From assembly GCA_012103575.1 (NCBI GenBank), contig WLWN01000001.1, positions 1,676,538 to 1,740,537 on the forward strand: a stretch of 64,000 bases of DNA. The letters are read 5' to 3'. Positions 49,209 to 59,260 of this stretch are shown one piece after another. How positions within the stretch are numbered: the first letter of the stretch is position 1; each line of letters starts with the position of its first letter. The notes under the pieces are model-generated. The model saw only the letters and a program-made list of their open reading frames with translations. It was not told the DNA's origin and did no database searches. Source of the DNA: Kiritimatiellia bacterium (lineage in GTDB: Bacteria > Verrucomicrobiota > Kiritimatiellia > WLWN01). The position numbers and the translations under genes were made by a program.

Positions 49209-50930
49209 GTGTCCTATGAAGTATTAGCCCGAAAATGGCGACCTCAACAGTTTGACGACGTCGTTGGGCAAGATCATGTCGTTAGAACGTTGCGTAATGC
49301 CATTGAAACAGAGCGTATTGCGCATGCATACCTTTTTGTCGGTCCACGGGGTACAGGGAAAACGTCTATGGCTCGAATTTTTGCCAAGGCTTTGAACTGT
49401 GAAAAAAAGCTTACCGCATCACCTTGTGATGCCTGTGATATCTGTAAGGAAATTATTGCCGGTAATAACCTAGATGTGTTGGAGATCGATGGGGCTTCCA
49501 ATAATAGCGTAGATCAGATTCGTGATCTTCGTGAAAGTGTTCGCTACGCTCCCGCACGTAGCCGTTTTAAGATTTATATTATCGATGAAGTACATATGTT
49601 GAGTATGTCGGCTTTTAACGCGCTGCTTAAAACATTAGAAGAACCGCCCACGCATGTAAAATTTATATTTGCGACCACGGAACCCCAAAAATTACCTGCA
49701 ACCATTATTTCACGATGCCAACGATTTGATTTGCGTAGAATTGCTGCTGGACAAATGGTGCAACGTCTTCAAGAAGTAGCTAATGCTGAAAAGATCACGA
49801 TTGAAGAGACTGCCTTGTTAGCTATTGCGCGTGGAGCGGAGGGAGGATTACGAGATGCTGAGTCTGCGTTAGACCAATTAATAGCTTTTCGAGGGGATAA
49901 AATTACCGAAGAGGATGTCTTATCCGTCTTTGGATTGGTTGCTTGGAGTACGCTTGAAGATCTTGTGGATTCTGTGTTGAAAGGGGACATTTCCGAAGTG
50001 ATTAAGCTGATTGCCCAGCTCGATGAAAGAGGGAAGGATCTGCAACGGCTTATTTTAGAACTATTAGAATATTTCAGAAACCTTTTGGTGGTTATCTATA
50101 CCGATGGAGTGGGGGCTCTGCAGGATCTAACCAAGACACAAATAGATGTTCTGAAACAGCAGGGAACATTGTCAGAACCTCCTCGTGTTCTTCAAATGGT
50201 CGAGGTTTTGACCGAAACAGAAGGTCGTTTAAGATATACGTTATCAAAACGTATACTGGTTGAAACGTCTCTTATCCGTTGTGCGCGTGTCTCTGTTGTG
50301 GTGAGTATCGATCAGATTTTAGAACAACTGAATACGTTAAAAATTAATTTTTCGGCGATGCCTATTTCCATGCCGTCTGAGTATAAACAGGAAGACATTC
50401 AGGCGAGTCAAGCTGTTCCAACGAACGAATCTCTTACAAGCAAGACTGTTTCTGCTATACCCTCTGAGCCGGAGCCTATATCTACAGGTGAGGAAACTGC
50501 CTTTCTAAGTGATAAATGGCATAAACTTGTTGATGAAGTCGGGCATATAGCGCCTTTAGCGAAAAATTATCTTTTAGATGGAAAGCCTCTTAGCGTTGTT
50601 GGAGATAAAGTAACGATTGGATTTGATCCTGAATTTGCTTCGAATAAGGGAAAAATTAGTTTTCCGCGTAACCTAAAAGCAATACAAAATGTAATGGGCA
50701 AGATCTTAGGTCGATCCGTGAGTATTGAGTTTTGTGTGCTTGATTCCAAAACAACGCTTCCGGGTGACTCTATTGTTGAAACAGTGAAGTCTGTTTCTAA
50801 AAAATTGGTTCCTTTAGAGGAGCTTGAGAGAAAGGAAGTTTCGAAAAGTAAGCGCGAATGGTTAAAGGATCCATCTGTACGAAAAACCTTAGAAGCTTTC
50901 AATGGAGATATCGCAGATATAAGGGAGTGA
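49209..50930 (+). CDS. dnaX: DNA polymerase III subunits gamma/tau
   Basis: GPRGTGKTS Walker A, IIDEVHMLS, Zn motif CDACDIC. Confidence 0.95.
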   Translation: MSYEVLARKWRPQQFDDVVGQDHVVRTLRNAIETERIAHAYLFVGPRGTGKTSMARIFAKALNCEKKLTASPCDACDICKEIIAGNNLDVLEIDGASNNSVDQIRDLRESVRYAPARSRFKIYIIDEVHMLSMSAFNALLKTLEEPPTHVKFIFATTEPQKLPATIISRCQRFDLRRIAAGQMVQRLQEVANAEKITIEETALLAIARGAEGGLRDAESALDQLIAFRGDKITEEDVLSVFGLVAWSTLEDLVDSVLKGDISEVIKLIAQLDERGKDLQRLILELLEYFRNLLVVIYTDGVGALQDLTKTQIDVLKQQGTLSEPPRVLQMVEVLTETEGRLRYTLSKRILVETSLIRCARVSVVVSIDQILEQLNTLKINFSAMPISMPSEYKQEDIQASQAVPTNESLTSKTVSAIPSEPEPISTGEETAFLSDKWHKLVDEVGHIAPLAKNYLLDGKPLSVVGDKVTIGFDPEFASNKGKISFPRNLKAIQNVMGKILGRSVSIEFCVLDSKTTLPGDSIVETVKSVSKKLVPLEELERKEVSKSKREWLKDPSVRKTLEAFNGDIADIRE

Positions 50931-50978
50931 TAAGAATTCGCTATTCGTTATTAATTATTGGTTATTTAGGAGAGAACT

Positions 50979-51302
50979 ATGGTCAACATGATGAAGTTAA
51001 TGAAGCAAGCTACTTCTATGCAAAAAGACATGAAAACCCTTCAATCTAAACTTGCTGAACAGTCCGTAGAGTTTTCAAGTGGGGGAGGGATGGTAACGGT
51101 TATTGCAAAGGGTGATATGTCGATTGAAAGCATAAAAATTGATCCTAAAGTGGTTGATCCTGAAGATGTAGATATGTTGGAAGATATGGTGAAAGCCGCT
51201 GTTGATGGTGCGCTTAAACAGGCACGAGATATGGCTGCTCAAGAAATGGAAAAAGTTACTTCTAGTCTTGGTTTACCGCCCGGAATGGACCTTCCTTTTT
51301 GA
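50979..51302 (+). CDS. ybaB: Nucleoid-associated protein YbaB/EbfC
   Basis: 107 aa. Conserved position after dnaX. Typical …GGG(M/L)VTV…G… core. Confidence 0.9.
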   Translation: MVNMMKLMKQATSMQKDMKTLQSKLAEQSVEFSSGGGMVTVIAKGDMSIESIKIDPKVVDPEDVDMLEDMVKAAVDGALKQARDMAAQEMEKVTSSLGLPPGMDLPF

Positions 51303-51318
51303 TGGGGAGACAAATAAT

Positions 51319-51480
51319 CCTAGATCCGGCAGCTAAACGTGGGGTTTCTGTGCGAATGCCTTGGAGACAAAAGATTGCAAAAAAACGTAGGCGCACCCAC
51401 GGGGTGCGTCGAGGCTTTTCTCTAATTCCTTTTGGCCCAAATGATTCGTGCAGAAAACCGCGCTTAACCGCCGGATCTAG
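51319..51480 (+). repeat. Palindromic MITE, copy 2 (162 bp, diverged), with 5-bp target-site duplication ATAAT
   Basis: ATAAT|CCTAGATCCGGCAGCTAAACG…CGCTTAACCGCCGGATCTAGG|ATAAT. Substitutions in one arm are mirrored in the other. Confidence 0.8.
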
Positions 51481-51510
51481 GATAATCAATAGGAATGTAC
51501 AGATACCCCC

Positions 51511-53310
51511 ATGATGGTCACTCCTATACATGTCTTAAGTGATCAAGTCGCCAACAAAATTGCTGCGGGCGAAGTGGTTGATCGTCCTGCTTCTGTCGTG
51601 AAAGAACTGATGGAAAACGCCTTAGATGCAGGGGCGACACACATTGATGTAGAAATCGTATCTGGAGGTCGTAAACTCATCTCTGTATCCGATAATGGTC
51701 ACGGAATGGATCGTGATAATGCCTTGCTTTCTCTGGAACGACATGCCACCAGTAAAATCAAAGATGTGGATGATATAGAACGCGTAGACACGTTAGGGTT
51801 TAGAGGTGAAGCGCTTGCTGCCATTGCTTCCGTATCACGTTTTTCCCTCACAACCCGAACGGCGGAAGCGTTATGCGGGACGGAAATAACTGTTTCCGGA
51901 GGCAAAATCCAAGATGTACAAGAAAGAGGATGTCCGCCTGGGACTAAAATGCAGGTCCGTAACCTGTTTTTTAATGTGCCGGCTCGTCGCAAATTTCTTC
52001 GTACAGAACAAACAGAGCAGTCCCATGTCCGCCAGGTGTTCCTTGTTTATGGATTATCGTATCCGGCCGTTGATTTAAAGCTCACGGTGGATTCTCGCGA
52101 ACTCTATCGTTTAGCCGGAGGGGCGACATTAGAAGAAAGATTACGTGATTTATATAGTGCGGCTTTTGTAGAAACATTGCGAGTCGTTTCGTATGAGCAA
52201 GATGGCGTAAAAATAACGGGGTGTGTGGGGTTGCCTCAAACGCACCGAGGAGATCGATCGGAGCAGTATATCTTTATTAATGGACGTCCGGCTAGTGCCC
52301 CCATATTGGGCGCTGCCATCAACGAAGCGTATCAGACCCTTATTCCTAAAGGACGGTATCCCCTGGTTTTTCTTTTCATTGAATTAGATCCATCCATGGT
52401 CGACATAAATGTGCATCCGACGAAAAAAGAGGTGAGATTTCGGCGTCCGGGTTTGGTGCGGGATATACTCATTGAAAGCATTCGTTCCGCTTTGACGACG
52501 GCATCGGCAGGGAGCGATTCAGCGCTACCTACTATGCCTGTACAAGAAGAATCCCGCTTCACCAAACCGATTTTAAAAATAGAAAATATGCCCACCACCC
52601 GCACATTCCAATATCCGCGTATGCCCTTAATTTCCGAAGAAACGGCTCAAGTAGACACTAGAGAACCCTCTTCTTCTTCTTTGCCTTTACCTCTAAACGA
52701 TGAGCAGGACATCTCTTCAAAGAACGGACCGTGGACTTCCTGTCGTGTTTTAGGACAAGTTGGGGGCCTTTATGTGATTTTGGAAACAGAAGGAGGGTTG
52801 GTTTTAATGGATCCTCATGCAGCTCATGAACGCATACTCTTTGAACGGTTTATGAACGAAGTTCTTGGTCATAAAGTGAAAGGGCAAGGTCTTCTTGTTC
52901 CAGAAACAGTAGAGCTGGGTCCTCAAGATGCGTTACGCGTAAGAAAAAACATGACGTTATTTGAAAAAATGGGGTTTGGAATTTCAGAATTTGGGGGTGA
53001 TACCTTTATTGTTGATGCGATACCTAATTGTTTAGGCAATGTTTCAGCGCTATCTGTATTAGCGGATGTGGCCCATAGTTTTGAGCGAGGAGGCGCACGG
53101 GGAGGGACCGAAAAATGGGCGGAAGAAAAAGTGGCTCGAGCCGCTTGTCGGGCTGCCGTCAAAGCGCGGGATAAACTAACCTTAGAAGAAATTGAGCAAC
53201 TTGTCGTTGACTTGGCTCGAGCTGAGATGCCGTATACGTGTCCTCATGGTCGGCCTACTCTGATATTGATGAGCTTTCCAGAGTTAGATAAGAAGTTTGG
53301 AAGGGCTTAG
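51511..53310 (+). CDS. mutL: DNA mismatch repair protein MutL
   Basis: GHKL ATPase motifs (ELMENALDAGAT, DNGHGM, GFRGEAL) and C-terminal dimerisation domain. Confidence 0.95.
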   Translation: MMVTPIHVLSDQVANKIAAGEVVDRPASVVKELMENALDAGATHIDVEIVSGGRKLISVSDNGHGMDRDNALLSLERHATSKIKDVDDIERVDTLGFRGEALAAIASVSRFSLTTRTAEALCGTEITVSGGKIQDVQERGCPPGTKMQVRNLFFNVPARRKFLRTEQTEQSHVRQVFLVYGLSYPAVDLKLTVDSRELYRLAGGATLEERLRDLYSAAFVETLRVVSYEQDGVKITGCVGLPQTHRGDRSEQYIFINGRPASAPILGAAINEAYQTLIPKGRYPLVFLFIELDPSMVDINVHPTKKEVRFRRPGLVRDILIESIRSALTTASAGSDSALPTMPVQEESRFTKPILKIENMPTTRTFQYPRMPLISEETAQVDTREPSSSSLPLPLNDEQDISSKNGPWTSCRVLGQVGGLYVILETEGGLVLMDPHAAHERILFERFMNEVLGHKVKGQGLLVPETVELGPQDALRVRKNMTLFEKMGFGISEFGGDTFIVDAIPNCLGNVSALSVLADVAHSFERGGARGGTEKWAEEKVARAACRAAVKARDKLTLEEIEQLVVDLARAEMPYTCPHGRPTLILMSFPELDKKFGRA

Positions 53311-53413
53311 TCTCGAACCCCTGCCATTCAGCGAACAAAATGTCGGATCTAGACTTATTCCTTCATTGGTGATATGGAATCATCTCAAAAGAATCATCTT
53401 GTCCATATGAGGA

Positions 53414-53440
53414 AGGGGGAGCGTCCTGAGAGCTCCCCCT
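53414..53440. terminator. Hairpin AGGGGGAGC-GTCCTGAG-GCTCCCCCT between convergent mutL and the Cys-rich ORF (no clear U-tract)
   Basis: 9-bp GC-rich stem read directly. Confidence 0.4.
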
Positions 53441-53449
53441 TAGCAACAT

Positions 53450-53767
53450 TTAAGAGAGGGTTTCCGAATAGATATTCTTGAAAGCCTCCCGTAGTTCGCA
53501 CTCTGACTTTGCTTTTTTAAGCGTGCTTTCCCAACAGACACCCATGGTGGCAATAACAGCATCTGCTTCCTTGTCGAATGTGGGACCCCAGGTTGCTTTT
53601 ATCTTTTCCTTTAGGATCTCAACTTGGGTTTGACGCATCGCTTCGCAGAAAGATGCGCTCCACCTATCGACAGCGCACTCGATGGGGCACGCCTTGTCGC
53701 TTCTGGGTTTATCCGTCGAGCCGCATGATTTTTTTTCAGTACAAGTATTTGTGTTACATTCACTCAT
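53450..53767 (-). CDS. Hypothetical small Cys-rich protein (105 aa)
   Basis: Ten Cys residues including CxxxC patterns. No homology recognised. Confidence 0.35.
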   Translation of the reverse strand: MSECNTNTCTEKKSCGSTDKPRSDKACPIECAVDRWSASFCEAMRQTQVEILKEKIKATWGPTFDKEADAVIATMGVCWESTLKKAKSECELREAFKNIYSETLS

Positions 53768-53971
53768 TGTCTACTCCTTATGTTTTTGTTTTTTTCGATC
53801 TGTATACTGTCAATATTCAACTATGCTCTATTCTTTTTCTCACCTCCCTCTTAAATACCCGTCAGTTGGTATGTATCGGGTAAAAAATATTTCACGTGTC
53901 AAATACCAGCTCCAGGTAGTTTCTGTAATGTTTCAAGGATTTTGCCATCACGTTCTCGTCCTTTGTTGCTT

Positions 53972-54430
53972 TCATAAGAATTGCAGATCCTTGAATCGTG
54001 GATACAAAATGCTGGCTAGGCCTTCGGTATCAATTTTTTTGTTGCTCGCATGGACTTTTTTAGCGGCCTGAAGATCTTTTTTAAAGGCGGAGATAAATTC
54101 CCGAAAGATTGCGCCGCATGTGGCCTGAATTTCTGGATAGGAGTCATGTAGCTCCTGGGCAAAGGTGCCTATGAGGCAACCCCTGTTCTCCGGATTTTTG
54201 GATATTTTGATCGTGGCATCTATGTAAGCGTATACACGGTCCAGAGGAGTGGATCCAGCAACCAGGACTTTGGACATGAGGTATTCGTTATTTTTATGCG
54301 AAAATCGGGTTATGAGTTGTTGCCCTAAATCTTCTTTATTTTTAAAGAAATAGAAGAACCCTCCCTTGGTGACACCCGCATCGTTGCATACTTCATCAAC
54401 GGTGGTAGCCTTATAGCCTTTGTCGAGCAT
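53972..54430 (-). CDS. TetR/AcrR-family transcriptional regulator
   Basis: N-terminal HTH …GYKATTVDEVCNDAGVTKGGFFYFFKNKEDL…. Confidence 0.8.
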   Translation of the reverse strand: MLDKGYKATTVDEVCNDAGVTKGGFFYFFKNKEDLGQQLITRFSHKNNEYLMSKVLVAGSTPLDRVYAYIDATIKISKNPENRGCLIGTFAQELHDSYPEIQATCGAIFREFISAFKKDLQAAKKVHASNKKIDTEGLASILYPRFKDLQFL

Positions 54431-54655
54431 CTTGATCTTCCGCGGAATCCATCAAACGTATTTTTTTTTCAGGGTCTTGCGTTTTCATATCTGTAAATAC
54501 CAACCAGTTAGTATCTAACATATCACGTTTGTATGTGAAGTCAACTGGATAGAAAATTTTTTTTGTAAAAAAATATTATGGTATTTGAGTTTTGCGTTTA
54601 TGAAACAAGTAAACGTATATTCAATGGTCTCTTATAACCATGAACGAATAACTCA

Positions 54656-55371
54656 ATGATTTGCTCTAAGATACCAAATACATTTTTTGAAGGAATACAA
54701 ACACTGGATATTTCCCTTTCGGACCACTCGCTTAACCAACTTAATCATTACTTATGTTTGCTGCTGGAAACCAATAAAAAGTTTAATCTTACCGCAACCA
54801 AGGAACCGAATGAAGCGTGGCAACGCCATATATTAAATAGCTTAATACTCGTCCGATTTCTAGGTGATGGGGAGAAGGTTATAGATATAGGGAGTGGTGG
54901 AGGGCTTCCAGGTATCCCCTTGGCCATTGTACGACCTGATTTAACAATGACACTGCTTGAAGCTACGAAAAAAAAGCTGAATTTCTTGAAACAATTATAA
55001 ACACACTGAACCTCAGACGCGTTCAGGTGATTTCGACCCGAGCTGAAGTTTTAGGTCACGATCCTCTGCACAGGAAGAGGTATAACACCATGCTTTCCCG
55101 AGCCCTATCCCCTTTACCCATTGCGCTTGAATACATGGCTCCCTTTACACATCCCACGGGCAGACTATTAGCGATGAAAGGCCAAAAGGCGGATGCGGAA
55201 ATAGCGCAATCCAAACGTGCGATGAAAATGCTTAAAGTCAATTTTGTGAAAAAACATTTATTTTTTGTAGAGACTGAAAACGAAACGTGTGTAGTAGAAC
55301 TGATGCCCGTTAAAGAGACACCCGGTATGTATCCACGCTCTGTGGGAACCGCTAAGCAAAAACCATTATGA
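54656..55371 (+). pseudogene. rsmG: 16S rRNA (guanine527-N7)-methyltransferase RsmG/GidB, split by a 1-nt frameshift near 54983-54992 (genuine or a sequencing error)
   Basis: ORFs 54656..55000 (…DIGSGGGLPGIPLAI…) and 55027..55371. The third frame reads …IINTLNLRRVQVISTRAEVLGHD across the break. Confidence 0.7.
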
Positions 55372-55387
55372 ACAAGAGAATGAACGG

Positions 55388-56047
55388 ATGGTTCATATAG
55401 CAAAACGATATACCGCGCGCGTATTAGAAAATAAGCAACTCTCGTCAACAGGCTATGCATTAATTCTTGAAAGGGGAAATATGTCTTTTCAGGCCGGGCG
55501 CCTCATTACCCTGCACGGAGAGGATATTACCCAAGACCGCAGTTATACAATCGCTAGCGGAGAACAAGACCGGTATATTGAAGTGCTGTATCGTTTGATT
55601 CCAACAGGTCAATTAACACCGAAGCTGGTACATTTAAAGGCGGGAGACGCTATTGATTTTTCCGGTCCTTACGGGGCATTTGTTCTGCGCAACACACAAT
55701 GCTCACTTGTCTTTATTGCGACAGGGACCGGTATGGCTCCGTGCCGATCTTATATTCGGACATATCCACACTTATCGCTGACATTAATACATGGTGTAAG
55801 CCAAGCAGAAGACCTTTTTTATCGGGAAGAGTTTAATGGGTATACCTATGTTCCTTGTTTATCTCAACCACTGGGTTCGGAACCCCCAAGCCACGTACTT
55901 GACGTGATCCATGAATTGGACCTTAACCCCAAAACACACTTTTATCTTTGCGGTTCCTATGAAATGATTATTGACGCACATCGTGTTCTTCGCGAAAGAA
56001 ACATTGATGATTCTTGTATATTTACGGAAGAATATTATTACAAATGA
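55388..56047 (+). CDS. Ferredoxin/flavodoxin-NADP+ reductase-like oxidoreductase (FAD- and NAD(P)-binding)
   Basis: RSYTIASG (FAD RxYS motif) and …FIATGTGMAPCRS… (NAD(P) binding). Confidence 0.75.
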   Translation: MVHIAKRYTARVLENKQLSSTGYALILERGNMSFQAGRLITLHGEDITQDRSYTIASGEQDRYIEVLYRLIPTGQLTPKLVHLKAGDAIDFSGPYGAFVLRNTQCSLVFIATGTGMAPCRSYIRTYPHLSLTLIHGVSQAEDLFYREEFNGYTYVPCLSQPLGSEPPSHVLDVIHELDLNPKTHFYLCGSYEMIIDAHRVLRERNIDDSCIFTEEYYYK

Positions 56048-56069
56048 GGTTTTTGATTGATGAAAGAAT

Positions 56070-57731
56070 TAGACCTGAATCCGTCAGATAAAATCTGATG
56101 ATTTTTCATTACCTGTTGGGCTAAAGCGGGGAGCATACCCGTATTCAAACAAACAACCCCACCCCAACAGGTGTGTATATGAAACAATATAAAATAAAGA
56201 CTGGCAAGGGCGAACTCAACAGCACAAGCGGAAATCATCTTTGCGACCTGCTGCTTGAGGATCATGCTCAACGGATTCTTCCCTCCAATTTTCAACCACG
56301 CCGCTCCGATGCGATCTCTGATCGGGAGATCCTCCTTACCCAGATCGGCTTACTTTGCAACGGTCGAACCGATTTCAATGATATCGACCTGTACCGGGGT
56401 GATGAGATTTTTATGAATGCCTTTGGACTTAAAAAGGGGAGTTAAAAAGGTAGCCTCTGAGCCGATGTTCCGACGTCGTTTCGACGACCTGCCCCCACCC
56501 AGAACCCATGTGGGGCTACGCAAACTCAACACCGAACTTCTTTCCTCGGGCCCCTTTGGCTAGGTAGATGTCGAAGGGCTTGATCTTGTTCCCGTCGATA
56601 TCGATGTGAGCCCTTTGGATCACTCAGGCTCTTCGAAAGAAGGCGTTTCCTACACCTAGAAGGGCCATGATGGTTACGCCCTGATATTTGCCTATGTGGG
56701 CACTCAAGGCCACATGCTTGAGTGCGAACTTCGACCCGGTAAACAACATTGTCAGTCGGGAACGACCGCGTTTATTGCCCGCAGCGTTGAAACGCTCCAA
56801 ACCCTGGGCCTGGGTGGAAAATGTTTGCTTCGGCTTGATAGTGGCAACGCTGCGGCCGATAACTTCGACGCTTTTGGGGATCATTATTTTATCGTAAAGC
56901 GAAATCCTCGCCGCGAATACCCTGAACAAATGCTGGCCCTTGCACGCCGAGTTGGAGACAAACAAGACAGTCGTGAAGGCAAGAACGTTTACACAGGCTT
57001 TTTCGGTCATTTCCATCCCGGTGGTGACCAAAACCGCCCTTGTGTCCCGGTGGCCTTCGAAGTGATTGAACGCACTATCGATATCGATGGTCAGAAACTT
57101 CTGGTTCCTAAACTTGAGGTGAACACCTGGTGGACGAACCTCTCTTGTCGTGCCAAGACGGTGCTAGATCTCTATCATGGACATGGCCCCAGCGAGCAGT
57201 ACCACAGTGAACTCAAAAGCGATCTTGATGTTGAGCGATTGCCTTCGGGGAGACTCTGTGCCAATAAGATTATTCTGTTATGCGCCATGGTGGCCTTCAA
57301 CCTATTGCGCGGTCTTGGCCAAGAGGTCATCAAACGGGCTGGGCTTGCCCCGCAGAAAATCAACATCCCGCGCTGGCGAATCAAAACGGTTCTCAAAAAT
57401 ATCGTTTATTGCGCGGTTCGATTGGTCCGCCACGCCGGACGAATTGAACTTCACTTTGGCAAGCGTTGTCGCTGGTTTGAAGTGATACAAGATATTGCCC
57501 ATTCCTTCGCATAGCCCTCCGTGCACCTTTAACAATACTCTAAGGCGACTGCCCAAGGAGGCTTACGCCCCAAAATGGTCAAATCAGAGTGAATCTGACC
57601 TGTACGCTCAAAAAATTCATCAGGGTGATACTTGCCGGTCCCAATCCGCCCAAAAGCGAGCATCTCAAGGAAAAAATTTTCAACTTTTGAGCCCCAAAAC
57701 GCCTTCCGAAGCGATAGCTGACGGATTCAGA
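56070..57731 (+). mobile_element. IS1380-family insertion sequence, copy C (1662 bp), with 5-bp target-site duplication TTAGA, inserted in suhB
   Basis: Inverted repeats CCTGAATCCGTCAG … CTGACGGATTCAG(A). Flanked by TTAGA on both sides. Confidence 0.85.
56173..57514 (+). pseudogene. IS1380-family transposase with the same 13-bp duplication frameshift and in-frame TAG as copy A, plus an extra TAG
   Basis: ORFs 56173..56445 and 56696..57514. The +1 frame between them reads …KKVASEPMFRRRFDDL…GPFG*VDVEGLDLVPVDIDVSPLDHSG…. Confidence 0.75.
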
Positions 57732-58517
57732 TTAGATATAAATAGTTTATTAGAATGTGCAATGGCGGCTGCATATGCTGCCGGGAATCATGCTGTCAAA
57801 GAATTTGATCGTCGAACAGAAGTGATTCAAAGAACGCAGCATGATGTGAAACTCGTGCTGGATCGAGAAGCGCAGGATCAAGCGGAGGAATCCATCCGCG
57901 CCTTTTTCCCGGATCACAATATTATAGGCGAAGAAGGTTAATCCCTCTTAGATCCATCACGACCTAGTTGGATTATTGATCCGATTGATGGCACCGTAAA
58001 TTTTTCATATGGCATTTCTCCTTGGTGTTCTTCTGTCGCTGTACAGGTTGAAAATCAAGTTCTGGCGGGCGCCGTATATATTCCTCCATACGAGGAAATG
58101 TATACCGCCACCCTTGAAAGTCCTGCGTTATGCAATGAGAAACCGATTCAAACGTCCTCGATCTCTTTGCTTGCTGACTTGCTGATTTTGACAGGACTCT
58201 CCAAAAACGCGCATGATGAATCAGAGCCCTTTAAAGGGCATGAGGCTTTAACGCGTAAAACCCAAAAAATCCGGATTATTGGCGCGGCTGCTGTAGATAT
58301 TTGTCAGGTTGCCTGCGGCAGAGCAGAGGCCTATGTGGACAGCGGTATTTATCTTTGGGATGCCGCGGCCGCTGGACTTATTGCTGAACGGGCTGGCGCC
58401 TATACAAAAACCGAACCCTTAGGTGATTACCGAGTCAATTATATGTGTTCGAATACGCTTATTCAAAAAGAGCTGATTGCGACACTCTCGTGAGAGGCTC
58501 TTAAATTCTTGTTATAG

Positions 58518-58680
58518 TCCTGGATCCGTCAGTTAAACGCGGTTTTCTGCACGAACCATTTGGGCCAAAAGGAATTACAAAAAAGCCTCGACGCACCCAG
58601 CGGGTGCGCCTGCATTTTTTTGCAACCTTTTGCCTCCAAAGCATTCGCACAGAAATCCCACGTTTAACTGACGGATCCAG
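58518..58680 (-). repeat. Palindromic MITE, copy 3 (163 bp, inverted orientation), with 5-bp target-site duplication ATAGT
   Basis: ATAGT|CCTGGATCCGTCAGTTAAACGCGG…CACGTTTAACTGACGGATCCAGG|ATAGT. Confidence 0.85.
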
Positions 58681-58693
58681 GATAGTGTCAAAG

Positions 58694-59259
58694 ATGGCTA
58701 GACACGTAAAAACTTTTTTTTTGATAGCACTTATAACAGGTATCGCTGGATGCTTGTTGATGTGTGATACATCTCCCAAAGAGAAGGCTCCTTATGAATA
58801 TGAAAAAGATGAGGCGCGATTAGTTCTTATGGGGCTGGTAAAAAAAATGAACTTTTGCGAAAAGAAAGACTTGATTTTAAAAAACAAATCCGTAGGCTTA
58901 CCCGTTCTCTCGCCGTAGAAAAGGCGAAACTAGACGAACTGCAGACTCAGCAGCAGCGGATAAAACTCCGCGAGATATCAGGAAACATGCGGCAAGATTT
59001 CCTTACTCAAAAGAGTCTATATATATTAGATGTCAATGAGTCGTTGGGTTTGGCCGTCCTCGATGCAGGTAAATTCGACGCCCTTAAGGTCGGTATGTTT
59101 TTTGACGTTGTTAGAGATGATAAACCGATCGCACGTCTTCGTGTGATTGATGTGAGAGACCGCATTGCCGGGACACAGATAGAAGAAATAGAACGAAGAA
59201 TATCGCTTGAACCAGGAGACCGAGTTCTGCCTTGGATAAACGGAGTAAAGACTAAATAA
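58694..59259 (+). CDS. Lipoprotein with C-terminal coiled-coil, reading frame interrupted inside an A8 homopolymer (58840..58847)
   Basis: ORFs 58694..58918 (lipobox IAGCLLMC) and 58855..59259. Shifting one nt within GGTAAAAAAAATG joins …GLVKK to NELLRKERLDFKK…. Confidence 0.5.
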
Positions 59260-59260
59260 A

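Larger units (their letters stand above)
56055..58493 (+). pseudogene. suhB: Inositol-monophosphatase-family protein (SuhB-like), interrupted after codon 4 by the IS1380-family element and carrying an in-frame TAA at 57939
   Basis: ATGAAAGAATTAGA|IS|TTAGATATAAAT reconstructs MKELDINSLLECAMAAAY…. Downstream …WIIDPIDGTVNF… and …WDAAAAGLIAERAGA… motifs. Confidence 0.7.

Noticed and set aside
56400-56470. Programmed +1 ribosomal frameshift in the IS1380-family transposase at the A-rich CTT AAA AAG GGG AGT TAA site
   Set aside because: The shift is fully explained by a 13-bp tandem duplication shared by both copies, and an in-frame TAG follows in the new frame, so ordinary inactivation is more parsimonious.
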